Source: Octopus sinensis (lineage: Eukaryota). From it: 64,000 nt of DNA. Within the stretch, counting starts at the first letter, position 1. The number at the start of each line of letters is the position of its first letter. The translations under genes were made by a program, and so were the position numbers. The notes beneath the pieces were generated by a model. That model was not told the origin of the DNA. It did no database searches and worked only from the letters and a program-made list of their open reading frames with translations. Below, piece by piece: positions 23,288 to 37,355 of the stretch. The DNA lies in assembly GCF_006345805.1 (NCBI RefSeq), contig NC_043022.1, positions 25,296,001 to 25,360,000 on the forward strand, given 5' to 3'.

Positions 23288-23738
23288 GTTTTCGTCATCT
23301 GGTGTTTCACATTTTGAAATACTTGCAGTTTGTATTTTTATTGCCTATGTTTGCCTTGGTTGATATATTTCTGAAATTATGCATTTTAATATACAAAATA
23401 TATTACATATACTACACGTTCCTCATTTATGAAAAATATGCAAATATATATCATAATGTTTTTTGTTGTTTTTCGAAGTGTGATGAATTTTAAAGTTGTT
23501 AAATGAAAAAAATATTCGATTTTCCTATCTGATAATGATTAATAAATTAATCAAAAATAATTAAGAGAAATCCTACTTTCCTAATATGAAGTTGTTGATC
23601 TTCTTGCACTTTTCGACTTTTTTCCTTTATTATCAGCAGAAGCAAAAGTGAGGAAAATTTCAGATTTCTTCAGTGCTTCATCATGTCTAGAGAATGCAAG
23701 ACCTTTGGAGATTGCAGAGATGTAATTCAGTGAAAAAA

Positions 23739-24133
23739 TCTTTATATATAAAAGTAAGGTTGTGTGTCTGTCTCCTACGATTTAGATTCCTAACTACTCC
23801 CACATTTTGCGGTGCAGTTTAACCAAAACCGGGTATCTTATAGTCGTGATTCATATCGAGCCCTTCTGGGTATTAGCGTGCGTCTACGATGAGTCTATGA
23901 TTTAAAAAAAATTACCATCAATTTTTCTCTTTTTTTAATGCATTTTTGGCATATATAAGGGAAGTAACTTTCTAAAAATTTATTATTAAATCTCAGAACC
24001 TAAAAAGCTACAGTAACACCCCCCCCCCTTTGTGGTTAGCCATATTGAGATGGCTATTATACTTTACATCTCTAAAAATGCTTATATAGTTATTTCCCTT
24101 ACAAACCCGAGCAACGCTCGGCGATACTGCTAG
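23739..24133 (+). mobile_element. Non-autonomous Helitron
   Basis: A|TC 5' end, subterminal hairpin cccgagcaacgctcgg, CTAG|T 3' end; near-copy at 51749-52143. Confidence 0.85.
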
Positions 24134-24394
24134 TTAATGATAAAGCACTTCCATCATGTCAAGAAGTGCCACTGGAATTCTGCACATTACAAAAACAATT
24201 TGTGTCTGGAAAGACATTCAACTTTCTTAAGGATGTAAAGAAACACTCATAATGCCAGTCTGGTTCAAGGAAGCCCAGTGACCTCATTATGATATTCAGC
24301 CTGATGCTGTTATTTGTTGTTATGCTGAAGGAGTTTGGTATAACAGAATTACGATGTCTAAGGAAACTGCCTTCTTGACTTGCGCTTTGCTCTT

Positions 24395-24592
24395 TTGCTT
24401 GTTTCAGTCATTTGACTGCAGCCATGCTGGAGCACCGCCTTTAGTCAAGCCAATCGACCCCAGGACTTATTCTTTGTAAGCCCAGTACTTATTCTATCGG
24501 TCTCTTTTTTGCCGAACCGCTAAGTGACGGGGACATAACCACACCAGCATTGGTTGTCAAGCAATGCTAAGGGGACGAACACAGACACACAA

Positions 24593-24635
<43 letters not shown>

Positions 24636-24810
24636 CATATATACGATGGGCTTCTTTCAGTTTCCATCTACCAAATCCACTCACAAGGCTTTGGTCGGCC
24701 TGAGGCTATAGTAAAAGGCACTTGCCCAAGATGCCATGCAGTGGGACTGAACCCGGAACCATGTGGTTGGTAAGCAAGTTACTTACCACACAGCCACTCT
24801 TGTGCCTATA
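24395..24810 (-). mobile_element. SINE family B
   Basis: Full reverse copy. Confidence 0.9.
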
Positions 24811-25078
24811 CTTGTGTACGAAACTGGGGCAACATTATACAAAACAATCACTGCACGTAGCCATTCCAGTCACCACATGAAAGCAGTTAGCACTTTTGGC
24901 CAGAGACAGACTCTGGATTCAGTCGATTCAGTAACAAGAATCAGCCTAGCAAGCATTAAAAATTATTTTCAAAGCAGTCAGATTCTGTGGTAGGCAAGGC
25001 CTATCATTACAAGGGCATGAACATGACACAGGAAACTTCATATATCACGTAAAAGAACTTGCTGAAGAAAGCAGTGCA

Positions 25079-25506
25079 GGATCTTTTCGGTTTGAACGGC
25101 AGTTTTTAACATAATTTCTAGGTAACTAAAAAATTTTAAACTTCGTATACTGGTAGAATGTGTTTATAAAACATCTTTTTCTCTTGGCTTTATTGAGAAA
25201 ATTCTATAGTTTGTAAGATATTTGGTCTTTAATTTCTTGCATTTTGGCAATTTCAACCAATCAACGACCGTCTATTGAGGTGAAAACATTCTGTGCCGTA
25301 TGAATATGTCCCTCGTTTAAGAAACAGATTGGGTTTATTTACATTTGTGAAGAAAAAAATGATACCCTTCCCTCCACCCCTAACCCTAACCAACCCTAAC
25401 CCTAAAACAGATTGAAATGCAATAGATCGATACTAGGGTCATAATTATGGGTGACAATTTCATATGACACCGCTAGAAAAAACTGCCGTTCAAACCGAAA
25501 AGATCC
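25079..25506 (+). mobile_element. Merlin-like MITE with (TAACCC)n
   Basis: Same TIRs; 8-bp TSD gcagtgca. Confidence 0.9.
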
Positions 25507-26026
25507 GCAGTGCAGAAGTAAGTCAGTGGCTTAAACGTCAAGATAATTTCTCATCTGATACCATACAAAATGAAATCCTACAGCTATATATAGTAAAAGG
25601 CACTTGCCCAAGATGTCACGCATAACATCCTGTATAAGATAAGAAAAAACAAGTTGAAGACTCCATGTTTATTGGTATTAAATGTGATGGCACCAGTGAT
25701 TGCTCTGGCATGGAACAAGAATCAGTCATTGTCTGTTATATTTTTGAAGACCTGGATGCCTACAAACATTTTCTCAATTTTGATAATCCCCCTGACTGTT
25801 CTTCGGGGCCACTAAGGTTATTTTGGACATTTTTTGCTGCTTAAACATTTTGCTTGGTTCAAAGTTATGTTGCTTTTCATTTGATGGTGCTTGTACCTTG
25901 AGTAGAAACATTTCAAGCATACAGAGATTAAAAGACGTTTCCTCAAAACATATTTTGCACATTGCAAAAACCACTCTCTGGACCTTGTCCTCCAAGAAGA
26001 TGGCTCTACAGTTGCCATTGTAGTGT

Positions 26027-26440
26027 TCATCATCATCATCATCGTTTAACGTCCGCTTTCCATGCTAACATGGGTTGGACGATTTTGACTGAGGGCTGGC
26101 GAACCAGACGGCCACACCAGGCTCCAATCTTGATTTGGCAGAGTTTCTACAGCTGGATGCCCTTTCTAACGCCAACCACTCCGAGAGTGTAGTGGATGCG
26201 TTTTATGTGCCACCGGCACGGGGCCAGTCAGGTGGTACTGGCAATGACCTCGCTCGAATCTTTTTACACATGCCACCGGCACAGGTGCCAGTAAGGCGAC
26301 GTTGGTAACGGTCACACTCGAATGGTGCCCTTTTACGTGCCACCGGCACGGAGCCAGTTGGCTGCTCTGGCAGCGACCACGCTCGGATGGTGCTCTTGGC
26401 ATCCTACTAGCACGGGCACAAGTGCCAGTAAGGCGACGCT
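26027..26440 (-). mobile_element. Family D retroposon
   Basis: (cat)n tail, ttctacagctggatgccc, repeated tgccaccggcac. Confidence 0.8.
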
Positions 26441-26801
26441 TTTGTTCCCCAATGCACCATTCTTCTGAAAAAGTCAACAAAAAGAAAAGTGCAATTGACA
26501 ATCCTTTGTCACGAGAAGGTCATGTTGCAAGCTGTGTACCCAACTCATTGGTGCATTAGAGCACCAGCACTGAAATGGGTGGAAAGCAACTATAAAAAGA
26601 TACAGGATTTCTTGCTGGAGCTTTTGAGTGATACATCACTATGAGCAAAAGGCTACTGTCAAATGGCTGCTGAAACAATCCGGCAAAGTTTCTATTTTGT
26701 TCATACACACACACGTACACGCACGCTAAAATACACATGCATCTACACATAGGTATATACATATTAATCTCTGTACGCTCATACGATTATATTTAACTAC
26801 A

Positions 26802-26972
26802 TAGGTGGCGAGCTGGCAGACACGTTAGCGCGCCGGGCAAAACGCCGAGGTCGACTTTGCCTTTCATCCTTTCGGGGTCGATAAATAAAGTACCAGTTAC
26901 GCACTGGGGTCGATGAAATCGACTTAATCCCTTTGCCTGTCCTTGTTTAGCCCCTTGTGGGCAATAAAGAAA
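26802..26972 (+). mobile_element. SINE family A, internally deleted
   Basis: Flanked by tatatttaactacata duplication. Confidence 0.85.
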
Positions 26973-27424
26973 TATATATTTAACTACATATATGTATTTC
27001 AGTATCATGCATCTCAACATGTATGTATGGATTTCTACATGTAAGGGATGATTATAGATGGGTACTTCCGAGTGGAATCTGGGTGTTACCCCATTCGGAT
27101 TTGCGGTTGAGGGTGGGTTTGTATTCCACTATACAGACAGCTTCGGTGACGTGTCTTAGCATTGCCCCAGTGGCATGTGTAGATAGGATGTCTCTCTAAG
27201 GAGCCATTGTGGAAATCTACACCATGCTAATAGAAGATGGAGTTTGGTTTTTTCTCAGTGTAGTTCTCCAGGTGTTCTTTGAACCTATCATTGATGTTCC
27301 TAGAAGTCTCACCAACTCAGGGCACCGGTATAATCGCGCAAGTCCCTTCTTGGCACTTAATCTGGGGTACAGTGTTTTTGTTTTTGCAGTTCACATGTGT
27401 GTTTGTAGAACAGATTACACAATT

Positions 27425-27672
27425 TCTGTCTTCCAAATCCACTCACAAGGCTTTGGTAGGCCCGAGGCTGACTGTGGACATGCTGGAGCACCGCCTTTTA
27501 GTGGAGCGAATCAACCCCAGGACTTATTCTTTGTAAGCCTAGTACTTATTCTATCGGTCTCTTAAGCCGAACCGCTAAGTTATGGGGACGTAAACACACC
27601 AGCATCGGTTGTCAAGCGATGTTGGGAGAAGAAACACAGACCACGGAGATGCACAAACACATACATACATAC

Positions 27673-27710
<38 letters not shown>

Positions 27711-27980
27711 ACGGGCCTCTTTCAGTTTCTGTCTACCAAATCCATTTACAAGTCTGGTCGGCCCGAGGCTATAATAGAAGACACTTGCCCAAGGTGCCAC
27801 GCAGTGGGACTGAACCCGGAACAATGTGGTTCGTAAGCAAGCTACTTACCACACAGCCACTCCTACGCCTGGTTGTAGCTATAGTAGAAGACACTTGCCC
27901 AAAGTATCACCGCAGTAGGAATGAAACCCGGAACCATGTGGTTGGGAAGCAAGCTCTTTACCACACAGCCACACCTGCGC
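27425..27980 (-). mobile_element. SINE family B mosaic with duplicated head
   Basis: tagaagacacttgccc...accacacagccac occurs twice. Confidence 0.8.
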
Positions 27981-28800
27981 CTGGTTGTGGTAGTTGCTTA
28001 CGTTGTTTAACCTTTGGGTAGTTCTGACGGTGTAGACCTGACCTATGATCCAAGGCATTTCAGCCAAGATCATCTTAGTAATCCTCTAACGTCCCCTTCC
28101 TCGTATTAAGATAATTAGTGTGATTTTTTTGGGGGAAGGAGGGGGGATTTGGCTGCTATTTCTAGACTGTTGGACAACTACGTTAAACTCACCTCACCTC
28201 ACCTCACTATAATGTTTTCAGACTGGTTTCAGACGGATTTAGAAATCAATGTATAGCTAAAAGTTTGGTCAGTTGATTGATCTCCCAATCGATCTCTGAA
28301 ATTGATCAGTTGGTTAATCAATCAATGAATCAATCGGATAGCAGTTAATTTTGTTTGGCTGTAGGAATTGCCAGCATTTTTAATGCTAACCAATAGTGGT
28401 AAAATTTCGTTAGATAATTGACTCTGTGTGTGTGTGTGTGTGTACTTGTCTGGCTGGTTGTCTTGCTGGCTGACTCGATGGTTGGTTTGGTTACCGACTT
28501 TACTTTATGTGTAGTTTGCGGTGAACGGTAGTAAAATCTGATGATTGGTTTTTCAGCTCCGTTCCGAAGCAATTGGATTTCAATATTGCGTTATATTATT
28601 TCCTCTTATAGGTCGGTGAGTTGAAAGAATTGTTGAAGCGTCGGACAAAACGTCTCGCGGTATTTAGTCGCGGTTTCGTTATGTTCTTGAGTTCAAATAC
28701 GGTCGAGGTCGATTTTTGCCGTTCTTTATTATTGAGGTCGATTTTTTGCTATCCAATAATCCTCGTAGGATCGATAAGTACCAGTCAAGTACTGGAGTCG

Positions 28801-29282
28801 ATATCATCGACTGGTCACCAGCCATTAAAGTTGCGGTCTTGTCCTTATACTCTTTTACTTGTTTCGGTCATTTGACTGCGGCCATGCTGGAGCACCGCCT
28901 TTAATCGAGCAAATTCATCCCAGGACGTATTCTTTGTAAGCCTAGTACTTATTCTATCGGTCTCTTAAGCCGAACCGCTAAATTACGGGGATATATATAT
29001 ATATATATGTCTATGTACACACATATGTGTGTTTGTGTGTCTGTGTTTGTCCCACCAACATTGCTTGACAACCGATGCAGGAGTGTTTACATCCCCGTAA
29101 TTTAGCGGTTCGGCTTAAGAGACCGATAGAATAAGTACTAGGCTTACAAAGAATACGTCCTGGGATGAATTTGCTCGATTAAAGGCGGTGCTTTAGCATG
29201 GCCGCAGTCAAATGACCGAAACAAGTAAAAGAGTATAAGGACAAGACCGCAACTTTAATGGCTGGTGACCAGTCGATGATAT
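28801..29282. repeat. 192-bp near-perfect inverted duplication (fold-back)
   Basis: 28801-28992 vs 29091-29282, about 2 mismatches. Confidence 0.95.
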
Positions 29283-29283
29283 A

Positions 29284-29654
29284 TCTCTCTCTATATAAAC
29301 GGCAGTTTGTCTGTGCGTGTTTCTGTGTGTCTGTCAGGTTGTACCCTCACCCTGACCACGGCTTTCAACCGATTCTGATGAAACTTGACACACACATAGC
29401 CCAATGTCATAATTCAAAACTAACGCAGCCAAAAGTTTGAAAAGTTCCCCCAGTTCTGAAAAAAATCGATAAATTCGACATGGGGTCGAGAATCAGAAAA
29501 CGAACCACAAACTGTCTAGGGACGCAACTCAACCTTTTTTAACTCTCCCAAAAAATTTACCATATTTTTTTTGCTATTTTTTGGCTATAACTCTCTAAAA
29601 ATGCTTTATAGTTATTTCCCTTACAAACCTGAGCAACGCCGGGCGATACTGCTA

Positions 29655-29655
<1 letters not shown>
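29284..29655 (+). mobile_element. Non-autonomous Helitron
   Basis: TC start, cctgagcaacgccgggcgatactgCTAG end. Confidence 0.8.
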
Positions 29656-29711
<56 letters not shown>

Positions 29712-30206
29712 ACACGACGGGTTTCTTTCAGTTCCGTCTACCAAATCCACTCACAAGGCTTTGGTCGGCCCGAGGCTTTAGTAGAAGACACTTGCCCAAG
29801 GTGCCATGCAGTGGGACTGAACCCAGAACTATGTGGTTGGTAAGCAAGCTACTTACCATACAGCCACTCCTGCGCCTAATATTTGAAATCATTTTGGACC
29901 TTAGAGGTTCCGGCTCTTTAGGTTCTTTATTCGAATTCCGCCGAGTTCAACTTTGCCTTTCATCCTTTCGGAGTCGATAAAATAAGTACCAGTTGAATAC
30001 TGGGGTCGACGTAATCGACTTACCCCCTCCCCTAAAATACAATACTGTGGGTACCGCTGGATGACAGACTCTGGTGACGATGTTATTCCACGCCTTCCGA
30101 TCCATGGTGCTGGCATTAGCATGGTTGAGGTTGACGTGTTGCGACTTCAGGTCTTCCTCAGTTTGTCTTGCCCGAGGTTGATGGATCGACAGAATCGTTA
30201 AATCTA

Positions 30207-30490
30207 AGGCGGCGAGCTGGCAGAAACTTTAGCACGCCGGGCGAAATGCTTAGCGGTATTTCGTCTGCCGTTACGTTCTGAGTTCAAATTCCGCCGTGGT
30301 ATACTTTGCCTTTCATCCTTTCGGGTCCAATAAATTAAGTACCAGTTACGCACTGGGGTCGATATAATCGACTTAATCCGTTTGTCTGTTCTTGTTTGTC
30401 CTCTTTGTGTTTAGCCCCTTGTGGGTAGTAAACAAATAGATATTTCGTCTGCCGCTATGTTCTGAGTTTAAATTCCGCCGAGGTCGACTA
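30207..30490 (+). mobile_element. SINE family A with partial tandem second unit
   Basis: ggcggcgagctggcagaaac...; restart tatttcgtctgcc. Confidence 0.85.
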
Positions 30491-31000
30491 AAGCTCTCAA
30501 AGAGAATAGAGGCCCGAAGTCTGTCGAAAGAAAACAATGTTTAGGGAAAGATTATATCAGCCCCCTTTCAGAAGACGGTACAATCATTAGTGACCTAAAT
30601 AGGCTTATCAAACGATGTAAGGAATTCTATAGCAATCTGTATTGTACCAGATGACCCCAAGACCATCCATTCTCAAATAACACAGCTCCAATCCTAAGCC
30701 TTCCTGCCGTCATACCATCCTATACAAGAGCGAGCATCAAATAACTCAAGGGAGACAAGGTGCCTGGTGTAGGTAACATCTCTGTTGGCATACTTTAGGA
30801 TGGTGAAGATCCCACTGTAATGATGTTCACCAAACTGTTCAATAGGTGCTTCGAAGAAGGCAAAGTCCCCAACAATTGGAAGAATGCAATAGTAGTCTTG
30901 CTTTACAAGAAAGGTGACATAACGGATTTGAAGAACCACCGACCCATTAGTCTTCTGCTCATCATCTACAAGATGTTCTTAGACGTCAATCACAGCATGT
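30490..31000 (+). pseudogene. RTE-type LINE fragment (pre-RT region)
   Basis: LFNRCFEEGKVPNNWKNAIVVLLYKKGDITDLKNHRPISLL. Confidence 0.8.
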
Positions 31001-31027
31001 GAAAATATGGAATATAGGTGTCAACCT

Positions 31028-31370
31028 ATGAAGGCGCATGGCTCAGTGGTTAGAGCACTGAGCTTACGATTGTGAGATTGTGAGCTCGAATCTCGGACCG
31101 GGCTGCGTGTTGTGTTCTTGAGCAAGACACCTTATTTCACGTTGCTCCAGTTCACTCAGCTGTAGAAATGAGTTGCGACGTCACGGATGTCAAGCTGTAT
31201 CGGCCCCTTTGCCTTTCCCTTGGATAACACTGGTGGCGTAGAGAGGGGAGGCCGGTATGCATGGGCAACTGCTGGTCTTCCATAAACAACCTTGCCTGGA
31301 CTTGTGCCTGGGAGGGTAACTTTCCAGGTGCAATCCCATGGTCAGTGTCGTGACCAAAGGGGGTCTCAGT
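31028..31370 (+). mobile_element. tRNA-derived SINE (family C-related head)
   Basis: ggcgcatggctcagtggttagagc...gagctcgaatc; TSD tgtcaacct. Confidence 0.85.
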
Positions 31371-31920
31371 TGTCAACCTGATACAGAGAAACAAAAGATA
31401 AACACTTTGTACTTCGCACCTATACTAGATGTTCGGTCGACTACATTTCAATGATGTTCAGATCTATTTGAACAGAGCTAATCTGAGGTTATACAACAGC
31501 AGCAACAAAATCAACAACAACAGACATAGGGAAAAGTAGGACAGTGGCGAAAGATATTACAAGAAGTCTAGACTATCCCACTGCATCTCACGCGAGTATG
31601 ACCTATCACGGGATCACAGTTTGTCGTTCGTAACTACGTCCACGGGTATGTTGCAACAGCAATGACCCGAGGTTACATAGCAAGAAAGACAAGAAAAACA
31701 ACGCCATTGCTATAAACCCCCTCCATCACTACTACGAAATTTCACTGAGTTCTTGTTGACCAAATTCCTTCACTTTGCATTAGTTGGTCCATGGTTATAG
31801 TACAAGACACTAGCCCAAAGTGCCGCGCACTGGGATTGAATGCAAAACTACGTTTTTTTGAAGTGAACTTAATTACACAACCATTTCTACGCCCCGTGTG
31901 TGTATGTGTGTGTGTATGTA

Positions 31921-31952
<32 letters not shown>

Positions 31953-32097
31953 TCTATCCTGTATATACATATATACAAAGTATATATACATATGTATGTG
32001 TGTGTGTTTGTGTGCGAGTGTGTGTGTATTTATACACGAAAGAGGTGACCTTTCGTGTATAAATACCCTTATACACATGTATATATACTTCATATAT

Positions 32098-32500
32098 AGG
32101 CGCAGGAGTGGCTGTGTGGTAAGTAGCTTGCTAACCAACCACATGGTTCCGGGTTCAGTCCCACTGCGTGGCATCTTGGGCAAGTGTCTTCTGCTATAGC
32201 CCCGGGCCGACCAATGCCTTGTGAGTGGATTTGGTAGACAGAAACTGAAAGAAGCCTGTCGTATATATGTATATATATGTATGCGTGTGTGTTTGTGTGT
32301 CTGTGTTTGTCCCCCCTAGCATTGCTTGACAACCAATGCTGGTGTGTTTACGTCCCCGTCACTTAGCGGTTCGGCAAAAAGAGAACGATAGAATAAATAC
32401 TGGGCTTACAAAGAATAAGTCCCGGGGTCGATTTGCTCGACTAAAGGCGGTGCTCCAGCATGGCCGCAGTTAAATGACTGAAACAAGTAAAAGATAAAAG
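32098..32500 (+). mobile_element. SINE family B, full length
   Basis: aggcgcaggagtggctgtgtggt ... actgaaacaagtaaaaga. Confidence 0.9.
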
Positions 32501-32982
32501 ATATATATATATACAACACACTTTCTATATATATATCTGTGTTTGCGTTTATGTGTGTACATGTGTGTGTTTGTGTGTGTACGTGTGTGTGTTTGTGTGT
32601 GTACGTGTGTGTAATGTATGTACGTAAGTATTGGTCAAGAGCTGATTAACTATTAAGAATGGAAGAATTCATAATTAGTCAGGAATGTTTTGGAATAATT
32701 ACGAGTTGCTAAAATGTGGAGGAGGAGGTGGAAGTGTTGTTGGGATGGTGTGGGTAAGGGTGTGATTGTAGGTGTGGTAGGGTGTGATTTCCCAAGACAT
32801 TTAACGATTCTGATAAATCAAATGTCCTTCCATACTGATCAGAACTCGCGGGTGAATGGTTCCAATTTAGATATAGCGGCTTCGCCCTGTCACAGTAAAC
32901 CATACGTACGTATGTACTTATGTACGCGCGTGAGTATGTGTGTGCGTGTATGTGAATACATAAGTGTGTGTGTGTGCGTGTA

Positions 32983-33018
<36 letters not shown>

Positions 33019-33064
33019 AGTACATATGCTTGTATGTTTCTATATTTATATGTGTATATATATG

Positions 33065-33098
<34 letters not shown>

Positions 33099-33329
33099 TC
33101 TATCTACCTATCTATCTATCTGTCTATCTAATGTGTGTATATATACATGTGCCTATGTACATATGTATGCATATAAATATTTGTATATACATATATATTA
33201 TCCATACATACATATATATGTACACATACATTTATATATGCATTGGATTAACTATATATATATATAAACACACACACATGTGTGTATACACACACATACA
33301 CACACACACACACAGACAGACAGACACAC

Positions 33330-33386
<57 letters not shown>

Positions 33387-34144
33387 ATTCTACCTTTTGG
33401 TGGTGTTAATTTATCACAGTTTTCCTCGCTTCCGCAAAAATAATAACAAGAACAAAACAAGAAAACATCAACAAATACACGCAACAAAAATATAAGATAT
33501 AATAAAAAAATTCAGCACCGTTTTCGTAAACCTTTACTATTTCTTCTTCTTCTTCTTCTTCTTCTTCTTCTTCTTCTCCTTTTTCTACATCTTCCTCTTT
33601 CTTCTTCTCCTCTCCTCCTCTTGTTTCACCTCCTCCTTCTTCTTCTTCTTCTTCTTCTACATCTTCACTTTCTTCTTCTCCTCTCCTCCACCTCCTCTTC
33701 TTGTTTCACCTCCTCCTCTTCTTCTTCTCCTTTTTCTACATCTTCCTCTTTCTTCTTCTCCTCTCCTTCACCTCCTCCTCCTCCTCTTCTTCTTTTCCTT
33801 TTTCTACATCTTCCTCTTTCTTCTCCTCCTCCACCTCCTCTTCTTCTTCTTCTTCTTCTTCTTCTCCCCCAGGTAGGTGTTCCAAGGTGGGATGTCCGGA
33901 TTAATTATTTCCATAGATGAGTTCACTGATGCAAGATGGAGCATTTCATAAAATGACAGACGAACGATATCGAACACTGTCTTTTGACTCTACCCCAATT
34001 AAGATGGCTTGTTTACGGTCGGTTGCATCATTAAGATTCTTTCTCAACACACTCACACATACAATATGTACTTACGCGCATACATATACACATACATAAA
34101 CACGTACATACACAATATACATCCATTTAACCATCCATCAATCC

Positions 34145-34186
<42 letters not shown>

Positions 34187-34825
34187 GGGATGATCGTGAC
34201 ACTATAACCTTAACGATGTTGCTGCAAGCTTGTGGGGTCACTGCCGTTCCAAATCAATTAGCGCTGGAAACATTAACGAGAAGGAAAACCTTCACCTAGA
34301 TATCTCTTCGAATTGGTTATGAAAAAACCCCATAAAAAACAAAAAAAAAAAAAAACCCCAAAAATCAGAACCAAACAAAAACAACAAAAAATAGTTCGAC
34401 AACAAAAAGGAATAAAAACACAGCGAAAAACAAACATAAAAAAAAGGAGATGAGAGAAAGACCTCTTTATTTCACCCACCTCTCATACCGTTGCCCCACA
34501 CAAAAAAGAAGAAATATGAAATATTATTTGACAAATGCTATCTTTATAGATGTGTGTTGTCACCTAAGGTTAATGCATTCCTGTCGCTTAGCACAAAGAG
34601 GACACATTTTGATCGCGTAGTAACTCTATTTAAATCACTATGGTGGTGGTGGTGGTGGTGGTGGTGGTCATCATCATCATCATGTTCGTGCTATTCATGG
34701 CTTGTCAATCGTGGGCTGTGTCCCTGTGGTCAATATAGAAATCGTAATCATCACTACTACTACTACTACTTGCACCACGACGACGACGACCACCGCCACC
34801 ACCACTACTACTACTTCTACTACTT

Positions 34826-34867
<42 letters not shown>

Positions 34868-34971
34868 GCACGACCACCACCGCCGCTGCTACTACTACTA
34901 CTTGCACCACCACCACCACCATCACTGCCGCTGCTGCTGCTACTACTACTACTACTACAAAAACAACAACA

Positions 34972-35002
<31 letters not shown>

Positions 35003-35497
35003 GAGTGGTAGAAGAAATGCTTTGTAGGGTGGGTGAGTATTTGTTCCGGCTCTCTACGCTTTGAGTTCAAATCCTGCTGAGATTAACTTTGCCTTTCAAT
35101 CTTTCGGGATCCATAAAATTAAGGAACAGTATTGAGGCCAATGGTATCGGCTAACCCCTTCCCTTACTTTCCAAATCGTTTGCCTTATGCTTAAGTAAGA
35201 AACCGTTATTATAATTATGCCAAAAGATTGGCAGAACCGTTAGAGCGTTGAATAACATGCTCCAACGTTCTGAGTTCAAATTCTACCGAGGACATCTTTG
35301 CATTTCATTCTTCTCAGTTCGATATAATATAGTACAAAGCAAGTACTGGAGCCGATATAATTGACGAACTCTATTTAAAAACACTCCGAACTTATGAGAA
35401 GTATACTTTATCTGGTGCAGTGGTCCATAAGCACTTTTTAAAAAATCTACGCCTTTGATTACTCATTTACTCCGGTGAACCCCCAAAGCCATTCGAT

Positions 35498-35936
35498 GAA
35501 TGCAATAGTGGTCTTGCTTTACAAGAAAGGTGACAAAACGGATCTGAAGAACTACTGACCCATTAGTTTTCTGCCCATCACCTACAAGGTGTCCTTAGAC
35601 GGCAATCGCAGCATGTGAATATATGGAATTTAGTCGTCAACCTGATGCAGAGAAACAAAAGATAAACAGCTTGCACTTCGCACCTATACTAGATGTTCGG
35701 TCGACCTCGTTCCTATTTGAATTGAGCTGATCTGAGGTTATACAACAGCAGCAAATTCAATAACAGACAGACATAGGGAAAAGAAGGACAGTGGAGAAAG
35801 ATATTACAAGAAGTCTAGACTATTACACTGCATCTCACGCGAGTATGACCCATCACAGGATTACAACTTGTTCGTTACTACGTCCACGGGTATGCTTCGA
35901 CACCAATGACCCGAGGTTACACAGCAACAAAGACAA
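35498..35936 (+). repeat. Local duplicate of 30882-31692 lacking the SINE
   Basis: gaatgcaatagt...gtcaacctgat...gacccgaggttac is shared. Confidence 0.9.
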
Positions 35937-35938
35937 TG

Positions 35939-36526
35939 GAGTGGTTCTCAACCACTTTTGCCTCCGGGCCCCTTTGATTACTCCGGTGGACCCCTAAAGC
36001 CATTTGATATTTAAGAACTAGTTTTATTGAATTTTCTTTCAAAATTCCTATTTTGCTGTTCAGACATTAACTTGTGTTGGTTAAACTATGTAAAATGTCA
36101 GGGAGCGAAATCTTGCTTTGTCTTACAATACATACAGTTAAAGAGTCAATTTTTTCATGGATCCTTAAAATATTACTGTCGGTACCCAATTTATTATTCT
36201 GCTTGCGTGGAACCCCCCCCCCCCATTATTTATTTCTTTATTGCCCACACAGAGGCTAAACACGGAGGGGACAAACAAGGACAGACAAGGAAATGAAGTC
36301 GATTACATCGACCCCAGTGATTAACTGGTACTTATTTAATCGACCCCGAAAGGATGAAAGGCAAAGTCGACCTCGGCGGAATTTGAACTCAGAACGTAAC
36401 GGCAGACGAAATACTGCTAAGCATTTCGCCCGGCGTGCTAACGTTTCTACCAGCTCGTCGCCGGACCCCCCAAATATTTTGTATGAATTCTTCAGGGGTC
36501 ATACGGACCCCGGTTGAGAACCACCG
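35939..36526. mobile_element. hAT (Charlie-like) MITE with nested SINE-A (36229-36461, -)
   Basis: TIRs agtggttctcaacc / ggttgagaaccaccg. Confidence 0.7.
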
Positions 36527-36970
36527 ATCTGGAGACTCAATCAAAAGCTTACCTCAACGTTCAAGTGACCGGGAGATAATCCATTTGTACATCTTTTCGA
36601 AGGGGGTTCTTTCGTAGGGCTCAAACTCACTGAAACAGACGGTCAACCATCGTGTAGAAGAGTGGTTCCCAAACTTTTTCAGGCTGCTGCCCCATTGGCA
36701 CTCATGCCACATTCCTAGCACCACATTCCCACTTACCACCACCACCACAAATAGACCACTTTCTGCAGCAAATTCCATTATTTCGTTGTTTTTACATCCA
36801 TTGGCACCTTTTGGCCACCCCATTATCACCCCATTTTTCTTCAGCACCTTCCTCCCCTGGACCTTTCCACCGCCCTCAGAGGGACGGTACCGCCCACTTT
36901 GTCCCCGCTCCTCTTTTTCCCTATCACCTGGCACAAGATTGAATTTTATAACTGTTATAAAATTATATGG

Positions 36971-37355
36971 GATGGAAGCACTCCGTCGGTTACGACGATG
37001 AGGGTTCCGGTTGATCCGAATCAACGGAACAGCCTGCTCGTGAAATTAACGTGTAAGTGGCTGAGCACTCCACAGACACGTGCACCCTTAACGTAGTTCT
37101 CGGGGATATTCAGCGTGATGCAGAGTGACAAGGCCGGCCCCTTGAAATTCAGGTACAACAGAAACAGAAAGTAAGAGTGAGAGAAAGTTGTGGTGAAAGA
37201 GTACAGCAGGGATCACCACCATCCCCTGCCGGAGCACGTGGAGCTTTTAGGTGTTTTCGCTCAATAAACACTCACAACGCCCGGTCTGGGAATCGAAACC
37301 GTAATCCTATGACCGCGAGTCCGCTGCCCTAACCACTGGGCCATTGCGCCTGCAC
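36971..37355 (-). mobile_element. SINE family C, tail type 1
   Basis: tRNA head ggcgcaatggcccagtggttagggc...ggtttcgattccc; TSD aaaattatat. Confidence 0.85.

Larger units (their letters stand above)
24140..25770 (+). pseudogene. Degraded hAT (ZNF862-like) transposase interrupted by a SINE and a MITE
   Basis: KCDGTSDCSGMEQESVIVCY at ~25680-25740 resembles the hAT catalytic D-x-S/T-D...EQ block. Confidence 0.5.
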
